A model generated the notes under the pieces. The model was not told the origin of the DNA. It was given only the letters and a program-made list of their open reading frames with translations, and made no database searches. Positions 18,401-29,110 of a DNA stretch of 64,000 nt are shown here, one piece after another. A program made the position numbers and the translations under genes. Numbering within the stretch: position 1 is the first letter of the stretch; every line of letters starts with the position of its first letter. This DNA comes from Candidatus Neptunichlamydia sp. (lineage in GTDB: Bacteria; Chlamydiota; Chlamydiia; Chlamydiales; Simkaniaceae): contig OZ247587.1 of NCBI GenBank assembly GCA_965233865.1, positions 192,001 to 256,000 on the forward strand, in the 5' to 3' direction.

Positions 18401-18963
18401 TTCAATCTCTTTGGGTTTGATTCCCCGCAGCTTGCTGCGTAAAAGCTGAACAAGTATAGTTTTTTGGCATGAGTGAATATATTCATAAAAGTCATAATGT
18501 CTCAGTTTTGATGTACCACATAGTTTGTCCGGCCAAATACAGGAAAGCGGTATTTGACAAGAGTGTTGATGAAGAAATTAAGGTCATATGCCTTGAAATT
18601 TCAAAGAGATATGAGATAAATTTTTTAGAGATCGGTGTTGATAAGGACCATGTTCACTTTCTGATACAATCAGTTCCGATGTATAGCCCCAAAAAAACTG
18701 TTCAGCTAATAAAAAGCATCACGGCAAAAGAGATTTTTTTGAGAAGGCCTGAAGTAAAGAAGATACTTTGGGGAGGGGAGTTTTGGAGTGATGGATATTT
18801 TATAAGTACCGTGGGGAAGCATGAGGACGAGGAGAAAATAGGAAACTACGTCAAAAACCAAGGAAAAAAAGACTATAAAAGGTTACATCAGCAACTGGAT
18901 TTTTGGAGCTAAGCAAAACCACCTGACAGATGCCCCGTAGCTCTGCTGCGGGGAGCCTTCACT
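18401..18963 (+). mobile_element. tnpA: IS200-type element, TnpA only (CDS 18469-18912), copy 1
   Basis: HUH motif DHVHFL, catalytic Y..NQ, subterminal GC hairpins (CCCCGCAGCTTGCTGCG; CCCCGTAGCTCTGCTGCGGGG). Confidence 0.9.
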
Positions 18964-19080
18964 CTTGTAGAGGTCATCTTCAGGTCCACCGGGAAGGAGA
19001 AGGGCTTCATGTAAAGAAAGTGGGGGATCTAGGGAAAAAAGTGGCACATTCTCTTACTGTCTCCTCCGGGGATGGTTGAA

Positions 19081-19595
19081 AACCCTCGCCTTTAAGGCGA
19101 AGAAAAGATTAAACTTGTCGCTATGCGACGTTATAATTTAGGAGCGCACACAAAAACAGATTTAAAAGCCCACCTTGTCTGAGTCCCCAAATACAGAAAG
19201 CGAGTATTGACTGGACAAGTCGCGATACGTCTGAGAGATGTGCTAAGACAGATTGCCGTGGAGCATGAACTTAACATTATTACAGGTAAAGTAGCCTGTG
19301 ATCATGTACATATGTTTATCAGTTACAAGCCGATCCATAATATAAGCAAGGTGATGCAGTGGTTGAAAGGGATTAGCTCCAGAATAATTTTGGGAGAGTT
19401 TCCCCATTTAAAAAAGATTTTTTGGGGAAGGCATTTTTGGAGTAGAGGTTACTTAGCTGTAAGTTCAGGGAATATCACGGATGAGATGATTCAGTCATAT
19501 ATTGATGAACAAGAAGGGGAACCGGTTCAGGATAACAGTCGATTTCAAATCGACCCCTAACGAACCCCTCGATTTGCAGGCGAGGAGTTGTTTAG
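19081..19595 (+). mobile_element. tnpA: Second IS200-type element with nonsense-inactivated tnpA (19123-19560)
   Basis: ATG 19123, HLV*VPKYR (TGA 19180-19182), DHVHM and FWSRGY; hairpins CTCGCC..GGCGA at both ends. Confidence 0.85.
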
Positions 19596-19810
19596 TGCCC
19601 ATTTAAAGCAGCCTAGGTAAATCTCTTGACCGCCCTCCATGATAGATAACGGGCCATCGTTTTAGGGGGAATATCCCTAACAGATGGAGTAACGGCCAAG
19701 AAGAGTCATCCTAAAAAGGAAATGAGATTTTTAAGAATGTTTCGAATAATTTCAAGAAAAATCTAGTTTTAGCGGGGATTAAAGGCCCACCCGCATGGAA
19801 ACAAGCTTTA

Positions 19811-20652
19811 GGTTGTGTTGAGAAATTTACTTTAACCATTGGAGAGCCGCGATAAAATGAAGGAATGCCTTGAACCTTGATGCTAACTTCTCGAACCGAG
19901 AAAACAATCGTCTATAATGTTTGAGGAAGCCAAATAAACATTCGATTTTGTGTCGTTCTTTATATATGTCTTTATCATGCTCTCGATGATCAATGCGATT
20001 TTTCTTTGAGGGAATGATGGCAACAGCTCCGATGCTCTTTACATGATCAATGATTGCATTGCTGTCGTAGCCTTTGTCAGCCAATAATCTTTTGTAATCC
20101 CTACCTTTGAGCAAAGGAATAGCTTGATGACAATCAGCTGCTTGACCACCTGTTAAAATAAAATCAAGTGGATTACCTAATGCATCACAGATACTATGGG
20201 TTTTAGTCGTAAAACCTCCGCAGGACCGACCTAAGGCCTGCTCGTCTTGACCTCCGGTTTTTTTTATTGGCTCCTGCGGCACAGGCATGAGCGCGGAGGA
20301 CTGTACTGTCGATCATAATATATTCCATGTCTGGATCATTTGAAAAATAGTAGAGCATCTTGTACCACACACCATGTTCAGCCCAGTCTGCAAAACGATG
20401 ATAGACGGCATTCCAGTCTCCATATTCCTTTGGTAGCAAACGCCATTGTGCTCCGCTCTTGGCAATCCAAAATACAGCCTCTACAAAGCAACGAGTTTTC
20501 TCTTTGTTATTTGTGTGTATTTTGGGGTAATTACTCAGATATTCGTAAAGTTTCGACCAGGCGTGGTCATTTATTTTATGCGGGTATAGCATATAGATCT
20601 CCTTCTTCAGGAAGTCAGCTTGCACCATTTATGGAAATTTCTCAACACAACC
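19811..20652 (-). mobile_element. IS5-family element, copy 2, 842 bp
   Basis: Same IRs and TA flanks; nearly identical to copy 1 in inverted orientation. Confidence 0.92.
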
Positions 20653-20659
20653 TAAGGAG

Positions 20660-20956
20660 CTAGAGTTTTTCAGCAGCCTTTTCTCTCCACTGTTTAGACA
20701 TAAAAATCTTCTTAAAGGTAGGTTTTTTCTGATACGCTTTTTTAACAGAGGGGCGTTTCCCTTCCAAAAGTTGACCATTGAGTTTCTCTATCACCGTCTG
20801 AGCCTCTTCTTCAGAAACTGTCACAAACCCAAACCCTCGTGAAACACCCTCAGACTGGATGATCTTCACTCCTTGGACACTCGCATACATCTCCACTAGC
20901 TTTTTTAGCCCTTCCTTGTCTAAATTTAACGGGAGATTCCTCATATAAAGATCCAT
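20660..20956 (-). CDS. RRM RNA-binding protein
   Basis: RNP2 LYMRNL and RNP1 RGFGFVTV; GGAGG RBS. Confidence 0.85.
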   Translation of the reverse strand: MDLYMRNLPLNLDKEGLKKLVEMYASVQGVKIIQSEGVSRGFGFVTVSEEEAQTVIEKLNGQLLEGKRPSVKKAYQKKPTFKKIFMSKQWREKAAEKL

Positions 20957-20985
20957 AGATCCTCCTACAATTCTAATACATTAAC

Positions 20986-21348
20986 TTAATCTTCAAACAA
21001 ATCCAGCTGCAAACACTCCCTTTTAGGAAGAGTTAAAGCCTCTTTAGCGAGCTCATGTTTGATTGTTTCTTTAATTTGACCCCATACCCCAACCTCCTTA
21101 AAAACAATCGAAGGTACGAGCCTTGGTTTGATCCCAGCCTTTTTGTTTGAATGAATCCTAAAGGGAGGTTTTAAAAGGATCTTCCCTTCATGATCAATCC
21201 GATATGTGATGTTTTTCAGATCCATTTCAATCGGGCCTAAAAGCAGATGCACCTCGCATGTGCCCTTAGAAAGGTATTTTTCGCTATCAGCTTTTTGTCT
21301 AAATTCTTCTGGATAAAACTTGTTCACAACCACTTGTGTTTCCATCAT
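20986..21348 (-). CDS. Hypothetical, SpoVG/PC4-like, with C-terminal QLDLF
   Basis: Beta-rich core with GKILLKPPFR...PSIVF; paralog at 30431..30808. Confidence 0.55.
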   Translation of the reverse strand: MMETQVVVNKFYPEEFRQKADSEKYLSKGTCEVHLLLGPIEMDLKNITYRIDHEGKILLKPPFRIHSNKKAGIKPRLVPSIVFKEVGVWGQIKETIKHELAKEALTLPKRECLQLDLFED

Positions 21349-21824
21349 AAGGCTCCCATCAAACTTCTCTTCAAGCTGAAACGATACCCTAATCCTAAAA
21401 CTAAAGTATGAAGCATTGCATTCAATAAAGAAACCGGCACACCAAAAATAGACCAGGCTATATCAGAACATTTTGAGGTTTTTAGCATCATTGAAAACTC
21501 CTGAGCCGTATCAAAGCTCTTCTTTGATGTACAAAAATCTGGAAGCGTTCCCATCTGCATTAGAAAATGTCCCATCCCAAGGACGATCCCTAATGCTAAA
21601 CACACCTGCGTTACCTTAAAAAAACCTTGCTTGTAAGAGCTCAAGAGCCCAAATCCCGCATTCACAATCAAAAGAGCAAAGGGGGTCCTCTGAAGCTTGC
21701 ACATAAGGCAAGGCTTCAAATGGAATAGATGCACCGCTGATATGGAACAAGCTAGAGCAATCGATCCAATAGCAATCATCGCTAAAAACCATCTATTCAA
21801 AAAGATGCGCTTGGAGGTTTCCAT
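21345..21824 (-). CDS. dsbB: DsbB-family disulfide bond formation protein
   Basis: PCLMCKLQR motif, TM helices, second Cys pair and WSIFG.P. Confidence 0.8.
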   Translation of the reverse strand: METSKRIFLNRWFLAMIAIGSIALACSISAVHLFHLKPCLMCKLQRTPFALLIVNAGFGLLSSYKQGFFKVTQVCLALGIVLGMGHFLMQMGTLPDFCTSKKSFDTAQEFSMMLKTSKCSDIAWSIFGVPVSLLNAMLHTLVLGLGYRFSLKRSLMGAL

Positions 21825-21941
21825 CTAAGCAAACACCAACTGATCGCCCTCAACTGGCCAAAAGCAAAGCTCCAGTTGATCAAAGTGAGGATTTTCCAAA
21901 GACCTTTTCAAAAACGCTAGCATCTCGTTATCAGAAGCCAT
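21825..21941 (-). CDS. Conserved 38-aa small ORF (MASDNEMLAFLKRSLENPHFDQLELCFWPVEGDQLVFA)
   Basis: GGAGGAG RBS; fills the traD-dsbB gap exactly; conserved at 31285..31401 with synonymous changes. Confidence 0.6.
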   Translation of the reverse strand: MASDNEMLAFLKRSLENPHFDQLELCFWPVEGDQLVFA

Positions 21942-21943
21942 AT

Positions 21944-22385
21944 TCACTCCTCCTCTCCACTTTTAGACGATTGACTTCCTAAAGCTTGCAGCTGATGGTC
22001 AACACCCTTAAGAAGCTTTTCTAACTGCGCTTTTTTAGCAAACCCTTGCCACTCCTTTCTAAAACGATTCCATCGCAGTCCCACCTGCCTAATCTCCGCC
22101 TTAATCTTCTTTTCCGGTTCCTCAGCAAATGTCACAATCAACGGCTCCCCATTTTTCTTTTTATCCCTATCAAGAGCATCCGCGCCCTTTTTGATCCAGC
22201 GTTTGATCATTCCTTCCTCTTGTTCCTTCTCTTTGATTTCAAGAAAAGCCCCCAAAAGAGTATTCGTGTTCAAATGATCAATTCCGGCTTTCGAAGCAAC
22301 CCCACCGACTTCAATCAGAAGCCTCGTGCGGTTTTTACGCTCTTTAAGCTTCAGAAGCCTTTCTTGGTGCTCAATACGAGACTTT
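21944..22385 (-). pseudogene. traD: Ti-type conjugal transfer protein TraD, 5'-truncated
   Basis: ERKNRTRLLIEVGG...KAG..L....LLGAF motif; true start replaced by a junction to the traA tail. Confidence 0.7.
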
Positions 22386-22522
22386 TTGAGTTTGAAGACT
22401 GGCAAGATGGTGAAGCTGTGAGAGGTGATTGGCAGGAAGTTGAAGATTTGGAGAAGAGATTAGATATTCAACTTGGCATTGAAGAAGAACAACACCAACG
22501 TGGGTTTGACTTGAGCTTGTAA
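22386..22522 (+). pseudogene. traA: traA C-terminal tail fragment, copy 1
   Basis: EFEDWQDGEAVRGDWQEVEDLEKRLDIQLGIEEEQHQRGFDLSL matches the TraA ends at 32.4 kb and 40.7 kb. Confidence 0.65.
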
Positions 22523-22555
22523 GCTCAACAAAAAAACATACATTGAGGAGAATAT

Positions 22556-22777
22556 ATGGAACCTTTAGAAGATGTGCAATACCCAGTAGGATGGGAGCTC
22601 AACGACGAACACGAGGCTGAAGATGAAGGGATCGTGCTACAATCGAAAGAAGAAGAGCAAGAAATGTTTAATCGGGTCTCCTTTGGAGGAGAGCGTATTT
22701 TGTACGATTTCAATGGCGCCGAGGTTGCTATTGTTCCTCTAGAGGACTATGCGGTTCTAGAGGGGATGGATCAGTAG
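22556..22777 (+). CDS. Phd/YefM-like small acidic protein, copy 1
   Basis: FNRVSFGGERI...NG..VAIVPLEDY..L; GAGGAG RBS; three copies in the window. Confidence 0.6.
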   Translation: MEPLEDVQYPVGWELNDEHEAEDEGIVLQSKEEEQEMFNRVSFGGERILYDFNGAEVAIVPLEDYAVLEGMDQ

Positions 22778-22840
22778 TTTTTCAGTGACAGAGAACCCCC
22801 CCCCTTCCTATACTAAAAGTATCAAGAGAGTAGGTGCTCT

Positions 22841-23002
22841 ATGTTTAGTGATGAGAAAAACTTGAAGGAAGTGGATGCAACGGGCGATTTTACCAATATC
22901 ATAGTGGATATTGAGAAAACAGGCTATGAATACACAGTAGAGCTTGAGCTCGTAATATCCACAAGAGACAACTTCATGACATGGAAGGACTATGACTACT
23001 AA
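22841..23002 (+). CDS. Conserved 53-aa small ORF upstream of Rpn, copy 1
   Basis: MFSDEKNL...ELVISTRDNFMTWKDYDY*; C-terminus conserved in three copies. Confidence 0.6.
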   Translation: MFSDEKNLKEVDATGDFTNIIVDIEKTGYEYTVELELVISTRDNFMTWKDYDY

Positions 23003-23078
23003 TTCCTTGAAAGAAAAACAATTGAAGGGTTTTTCTGTGGGGAGTACAATAGATGCAGATGATGTGGAGAAGTATCTA

Positions 23079-23978
23079 ATGACCGAAAAAATCAATCCTA
23101 GAGTAGACCTGGCCTTCAAGAAAATCTTTGGCACCGAAGAAAACAAAGATCTTCTTATTTCTTTGATTAATTCTATTGTAGGAAAAGAAGATCAGGTTGT
23201 TGATGTGACCCTGCTCAATCCCTACAATCAGAAAAATTTTAAAAATGACAAGCTCTCCATTTTAGATATCAAAGCTGAAGGGAACCACGGTAAGAAATTC
23301 AACATCGAAATCCAAATTACCGATGAAGCTGATTACGATAAAAGAGCCCTATACTATTGGGCAAAGCTCTATGCAGAGCAGCTCAAAGAAAAAGATGACT
23401 ACGGCACTCTAGAAAAAGTCATAGGGATCCATATTTTAAACTTTACCTCCATCTTGGACTCTGAAAAATATCACAATGCTTTCCATATCACAGAAAAGGA
23501 AACAGGGATCCACTATTTTAAAGAGCTGGAACTTCATACAATAGAGCTGAAGAAATTCAACGATAGTCTGGGGAAAGAATTTGAAGATATTGGATCCAAA
23601 ATTCAAAATGCTCTAGATCTGTGGTCTGCATTTCTACTACGACGAGATCTCCTTAGCAAAGTTAAATTGGAAGCTTCCTTAGATGACGCTCCAGTAAAAA
23701 AGGCGATAAACGTTCTCAATGTGATGAATTTTTCAGATGAAGAGCGTGAAATCTATGAAGGAAAGCTCAAGTGGCTGAGAATTGAAGCAAACACGTTGAA
23801 GAAATACGAAGAAAAGGGACGCGAAGAAGGACGCGAAGAAGGACGTGAGGAAGGAGAAAAAAGTAAATCTATAGAAATTGCTAGCAGAATGTTAAAACGC
23901 AATCGTCCTATTGAAGAGATTATTGAAGATACAGGGTTGACCAAAGAAGAAGTAAAACACCTCAAAGGATCGCAATGA
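23079..23978 (+). CDS. Rpn family PD-(D/E)XK nuclease/putative transposase, copy 1 (ORF open from 22992)
   Basis: INPRVDLAFKKIFG, LDIKA, NIEIQ and RALYYW motifs; C-terminal GREE repeats and HTH. Confidence 0.9.
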   Translation: MTEKINPRVDLAFKKIFGTEENKDLLISLINSIVGKEDQVVDVTLLNPYNQKNFKNDKLSILDIKAEGNHGKKFNIEIQITDEADYDKRALYYWAKLYAEQLKEKDDYGTLEKVIGIHILNFTSILDSEKYHNAFHITEKETGIHYFKELELHTIELKKFNDSLGKEFEDIGSKIQNALDLWSAFLLRRDLLSKVKLEASLDDAPVKKAINVLNVMNFSDEEREIYEGKLKWLRIEANTLKKYEEKGREEGREEGREEGEKSKSIEIASRMLKRNRPIEEIIEDTGLTKEEVKHLKGSQ

Positions 23979-24345
23979 ATCGGAAAAAATTAGAAAAGTG
24001 CGAAAATTTCTCTTTTTTAAAGGGTGCTAGGGTGCGATATCTGGATGTAAGTAATGTAATCCTATTAAGAAAATAAAGACCTTTTCAAAATCGCTTAAAA
24101 TAGATTTTAAAGGCCCTCGGAGAAAAGAAGGTCTCCCATCAAGAGAAAGTAGAAATCAAGCCTGAGGAAACAAGGGCTGAGAAGGTAACAACTTCTGAAT
24201 TTGAAGGTGTCAGATACAATTTAGTTTCTAGGCTTGTGGTTTTCTTGGTTTAGGATATGCCGTTTTTTTTCGGGCGTTGGTTGGATTTTAATCGTATATT
24301 TCTGATATACATGGCCTTTCCTTTTAAAGTTTGTGTACTCTGAAT

Positions 24346-24446
24346 GGTAGTTTTGCAAAGATCTTCATCTCCGAATAGAAGCTTCCTCTTTTCTAGATTT
24401 CCCTTCGTTAGGCGGCTAAGCCTCTGACCTCAAAGAGATCTTCAAT
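24346..24446 (-). mobile_element. IS6 right-end remnant
   Basis: Matches 34286-34386, including the same upstream flank (duplicated segment). Confidence 0.85.
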
Positions 24447-24937
24447 ACGATAATAGCCGTTATGATGATCAAACCCTCCCATCCATCATAAGGAAGTTTT
24501 TTGAATCGGCAAACCAAATGCAACAACCTGGAGATAGAGTACATATAACTATACCCGATGAAGATTGGAGGCAGGCAAAAGTTTATAACATTCTAGATGC
24601 TGCAGTAAGAAGTTGGTATGGCTTACATACAAAAAGAAAGTTTACCTCTCAAAGGTATCCAGGATACGAGCATGAAATGACTAGAGGAGGTAGAGGTGCT
24701 CCTGTAGAGAATCTTTTAAGGGAGTTTATTTTTATTAAGATGAACGACGAGGTTGTTAATAAACCTTTTGAGCAGGCAAAAGATTCCACTGGAAAGGTTT
24801 CTATTGAAAATTTTGCAAAAAAAATCCAGTCGTTTGTAAATCAATTAGTTACATTAGATAGTGTCTACTATCAAAAACATAATTGGCATGCCTATGTTTG
24901 CAAAACAGATAGTGATTCATCTGATTATGACACTTAA
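24446..24937 (+). pseudogene. DUF2431 (Bmt5-like rRNA m3U methyltransferase) C-terminal part, truncated by IS6
   Basis: IIRKFFESA..MQQPGDRVHITI...YNI..AA...GL....F....YPGYEH pattern; frame open from the IS6 junction. Confidence 0.6.
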
Positions 24938-25084
24938 TTCATATTACTTTTTATATGAAGGACCCTGATGATTACATTCTCAACCATGCTGAGAGAACCA
25001 CATTTTATCCAATCAATGAGTTTATAAAAAACAAGTTGGTAAATGAATCTCATGCAGCCTGTTGGCAATTAAGAAAAAGACTCA

Positions 25085-25966
25085 TATAATGGTCCCAGAA
25101 ATTCGAGCCACTTGCTAAGCTAGTTTTCTCCGAGCAAAAGGAGAACAGAAATGGCAAAAACAAGAAAAAAATATTCCGCTGAATTTAAGCTGAAGGTGGT
25201 GCTTGAAGTTTTGAAAGGAGAGAAAACGGCAGGAGAGCTTGCTGGGAAATTTGAAGTTCACCCTTTAGTCCTTGGAGGGTGGAAAAGACACTTTAAAGCC
25301 ACGGCAGCCCAAATTTTTGAGAAAAGCAATAAGCGTTTGATTACCAAGGAAGAGGAGCACAAGAAATATCCATATTTGATGAGGTCTGTAAAGGTAGACC
25401 GTTCTGATCAAGTGTGGGCTGCAGACATCACGTATATTCCGCTTCAAGGTGGATTTGCATATTTATTTGCAATTATTGATTGGTACAGCAGGTTTATCCT
25501 TGAATGGGAGCTCTCAAATCTCCTTGATACAGATTTTTGCATAGAGGCTTTGGAAAGAAGTTTGAAAAAAAACTGCCCAGAAATTTTCAATACAGATCAG
25601 GGAGTGCAGTTCACAAGCTTGTGCTTTACTAAGAGATTAGAAAAAGAGGGTGTGAAAATCAGCATGGACGGGAAAGGGAGAGCTCTTGATAATATTTTCA
25701 TAGAGCGTCTTTGGAGAAGTGTGAAGTATGAGGATATTTATCCTAAAGGGTATGAAAGCCTTAAAGAGCTAAAAAAGGGACTAGAGGTGTATTTTGAGTT
25801 TTATAATGGACAGCGCCGTCACCAGAGTTTGGGATATCAGACGCCGTCAGAGATCTATTATGGAACAGGCCTTGAGGTCTAAAGAAGGAATAAGAACTGA
25901 ATTTAACATCAGGAAAAACTAGCTTAACTTTTGCAAATTTTGGTCTTGACGTCTGGGACCACCATA
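25085..25966 (+). mobile_element. IS3-family element with internal deletion (in-frame orfA-orfB fusion 25151-25882)
   Basis: IRs TATAATGGTCCCAG / TATGGTGGTCCCAG; DDE motifs WAADITY, TDQG and DN..IER; 395 bp shorter than the copy at 37804. Confidence 0.9.
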
Positions 25967-26920
25967 CCTGTTCGCACCATTAATGCAGGTCCAAATAGAA
26001 AATATTTTGGTTCGAATAGAGGGATCACCTGGTACAACTTTATGTCGGATCAATATTCTGGGTTTCACGGCATTGTTATCCCTGGAACTATGAGAGACTC
26101 CATTTTTGTATTGGAAGGCCTCTTAGAGCAGCAGACAGGATTAAATCCAACAGAAATCATGACAGATACTTCCGGGACAAGTGACATGATTTTTGGATTA
26201 TTTTGGTTACTGGGATATCAGTTCTCTCCCCGTTTAGCTGACGCTGGTGAAGCAGTGTTTTGGAGAATAGATAAGGGCGCAGATTATGGTCCACTCGATA
26301 AATTAGCTCGTGGATGTATAAATACACACCGGATTGAAGAGCATTGGGACGATATGATGAGAATCGCTGGATCTCTGAAGCTAGGAACTGTCCATGCATC
26401 AGAACTGATTCGTTTGCTCTTAAAAAGCGATCGTCCTTCCAGCTTGGCACAATCTATCATCGATGTTGGTCGCATCAACAAAACTCTTTACCTTCTGAAC
26501 TACATCGATGACGAGGACTATCGCCGTCGTATATTGACCCAACTGAATCGTGGCGAAGGAAGACATAGTCTGGCTCGTGTGATTTGTCATGGTTAACGTG
26601 GTGAGATTCGCAAGAGATATCGCGAAGGCCAGGAAGATCAGCTTGGATCCTTAGGATTAGTCACCAATGCTGTGGTATTGTGGAATACAATTTATATGGG
26701 GGCCTCATTGAACCATTTAAGAGACAAATCGTTTGAAATTAGAGGAGAAGATGAAGCAAGACTGTCGCCTCTTGGCTATGAGCATGTTAATGTTCTGGGA
26801 CACTATTCATTCACGTTGTCGGAAAACCTTATGAAGGGAAAATTGAGGGCATTAAATGAGCTGTGAGAGATTGTTGAAATTCCTTAGCGTACGTTTCCGT
26901 ACCGTTGGGCTTCAAACCCC
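25967..26920 (+). mobile_element. Tn3-family remnant: transposase 3' part with nonsense codon, plus 38-bp right IR
   Basis: MTDT.G, FSPRLAD, GRINKT, LNRGE.RH, CHG*RGE (TAA 26594) and WNT motifs; IR GGGGTTTGAAGCCCAACGGTACGGAAACGTACGCTAAG at 26883-26920. Confidence 0.9.
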
Positions 26921-26962
26921 TTAGAGGAAGGTTCCCTGCCAGGCCTCAAATTTGTATATTAA

Positions 26963-27232
26963 CTATATCGAGCAAAATATCGAAGTTATGACACTATGCC
27001 TGAGCTGTTTCATATTTGCATCATTCAAATCAGGCATTTTACCTGTAACTTTTTTGGTTATAAGTTCTTTTAATTTCTCATCTGAGAGAGAACAGTCAGA
27101 TAATTCAGATACAAGATTTTTAGCTAAAAGATGGATCTCATCTGCGTGTCTTTCAATGTAATCATCGACAGTCTTAGAAAATTCAGAAGCATATCTTCCT
27201 TGCTGAGAAGCGAAACTACTAATTGCAGACAT
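26963..27232 (-). CDS. Hypothetical small protein
   Basis: AAGGAGG RBS; Ser-rich start MSAISSFASQQ. Confidence 0.65.
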   Translation of the reverse strand: MSAISSFASQQGRYASEFSKTVDDYIERHADEIHLLAKNLVSELSDCSLSDEKLKELITKKVTGKMPDLNDANMKQLRHSVITSIFCSI

Positions 27233-27445
27233 AATAACCTCCTTACTGGTTGTATTTAGTCCATATTTTATATGATAAGACGACAGATTTCAATAGAATT
27301 GGTGCTTGGATTTATAAATAAAAATTTTAAGTTATTGGTTTTCAGTAAATAGTTACCCAGTTAAAAAATATTAAATTAGTTTTTATTAATAAATTTTTTT
27401 TTGCTATTAGCAGATTAGATAGTCTAATGTGTATAGGAGATATGA

Positions 27446-28696
27446 ATGTCAATTCCACCAATTTCTGGACCTGAAGAGTTTTCTAAAAGCCCTTTAGAAA
27501 AAGTAGATAAAGGAAACCCCAGTTCTGGAAAAACCGATACAGTATCAAAAATACGTTTCAAAAAAGTATGTAATGAGACTTTGGAGATCTTAAGTGTATT
27601 AGAGCAATACGAGTTTAACCCTCATACTAGAGCTGCTTTTAAGGATCTTTCAACTTCCTTATCAGAACAGTCTGATTCAATTGAAGTTGATCGAATTAGT
27701 GAAATTTTTAAAACCTCACAAAGGCATTTGTCATTAGAATTAAAGCAATTGGGAGTACAAAATCTCGAAGATTTTCGCCCAGCCGCAGGAATTCCTCCTG
27801 ATGCAACAAAATTTATGAATATGGTAGAAGTATGGGAAAAAGATATTCAGCGTTTAATAGAATCTTTAAAAATTGAAGCTGAAATTTCGGCTTTACCTAG
27901 TGTTGTACTACAGTTTGAGTTAATTAGTCCTCGAATTGTTCAAGAAATCAAAATTTCACGAGAAACCAAAGCTTCCATGAAAGAGGTTACAGAAGATCAA
28001 AAAGCCAGTTTCCAAAAAATGTCAAACGAAGTTGCTCGCCCAGAGATAAATAATGAATGTATAAGAATGGGAACTTCTTGCGCTATTTCGCCTAATGATT
28101 CTCAAATTATGTCCACTGATTTTACGTTAGAATTAGAAACAGCATTTGCCTCTAGGTTTTTTAATATTTTTGGCAATTCAAGTGGGCATAACCCACAAGG
28201 AAAACCAGAAAGCCTAAGCTTAAGAATTGCAGACAATGTGATGACAACGTTGACCCGTTTGGATCAACTTCCTGAAATGAAAGAGAGTGAAACATTGCTT
28301 TCATTTTCTTTTCCTACTTTGATATTAAGACCAAAAAGAGCGGATTCATCAATGATGACATTTGTCTCCGTGCATAATAAATACCCCAGTGCCATGAACG
28401 CCATCATGCACCAGACGCCGGATGAATTAGGAATAGTTTGCCAAGGCTGTGAAGAAGGGACGCATTTTGATGATAACACACGGCCTTATGAATGTATTAA
28501 CATTCAATCTCAGTACTCTGATATAAAAAGACAATGTGACGACCTTCATGTTTCCATTGTTGGAAAATGTGATGTGATACAGAGAGTAGTTCATAGAGAT
28601 GGATTTTTGATCTTTGAAAAAGGAGTGAGTGGACACTCAATAACAGAACTAATGAGAGTACCGATCTATATGCTTAAAAAGCCAAGCCAGACTTAA
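27446..28696 (+). CDS. Hypothetical protein, effector-like N-terminus
   Basis: AGGAG RBS; MSIPPISG start; AT-rich divergent promoter region. Confidence 0.7.
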   Translation: MSIPPISGPEEFSKSPLEKVDKGNPSSGKTDTVSKIRFKKVCNETLEILSVLEQYEFNPHTRAAFKDLSTSLSEQSDSIEVDRISEIFKTSQRHLSLELKQLGVQNLEDFRPAAGIPPDATKFMNMVEVWEKDIQRLIESLKIEAEISALPSVVLQFELISPRIVQEIKISRETKASMKEVTEDQKASFQKMSNEVARPEINNECIRMGTSCAISPNDSQIMSTDFTLELETAFASRFFNIFGNSSGHNPQGKPESLSLRIADNVMTTLTRLDQLPEMKESETLLSFSFPTLILRPKRADSSMMTFVSVHNKYPSAMNAIMHQTPDELGIVCQGCEEGTHFDDNTRPYECINIQSQYSDIKRQCDDLHVSIVGKCDVIQRVVHRDGFLIFEKGVSGHSITELMRVPIYMLKKPSQT

Positions 28697-28737
28697 GGTT
28701 AATTTTATGACAGTGGAGATCACTCCCATAAAGAAGG

Positions 28738-28920
28738 GAGTGTAATCTAAACTGTGTAAACGGTCATTAGGCCTCAACTCCTTTTGAGATCCTATCTTCG
28801 TAAGCTATCCCAAAATATGAGATGGCTTCTTTCCAGCCCCTTACAGGCAATGTCCACTTCTTTTGCACTCCATCAGAAGCCAGATATAACATCTTCAAAA
28901 GAGACTCGTCTGTGGGGGAG
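28738..28920 (-). mobile_element. IS256 right-end remnant
   Basis: Encodes PTDESLLKMLYLA...KKWTLPVRGW...*; terminal GAGTGTAATCTAAACTGTGTAAA. Confidence 0.7.
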
Positions 28921-29110
28921 ACTGTAAGAATAGAAAAAATCAATATAGTTCACTCGAAAAATTTTCCAGAACAGATCCACATCTTGAAAATAGAGCAGAA
29001 AGTATTTTTTCTGGCCCAGAAACTCTTCTGAGGCCATTTTATGTTTTTATCATGTGGTTATTTTCACAACCTATTTATTTTCAATAATTTTATGTATCTA
29101 TCTTCGGTTC

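Noticed and set aside
22046..22522. 158-aa plus-strand ORF
   Set aside because: Mostly traD antisense fused to the traA tail at a deletion junction
24270..24312. Short minus-strand peptide in the duplicated flank as a type I toxin
   Set aside because: Basic rather than hydrophobic, and its conservation at 34.2 kb is explained by the recent duplication
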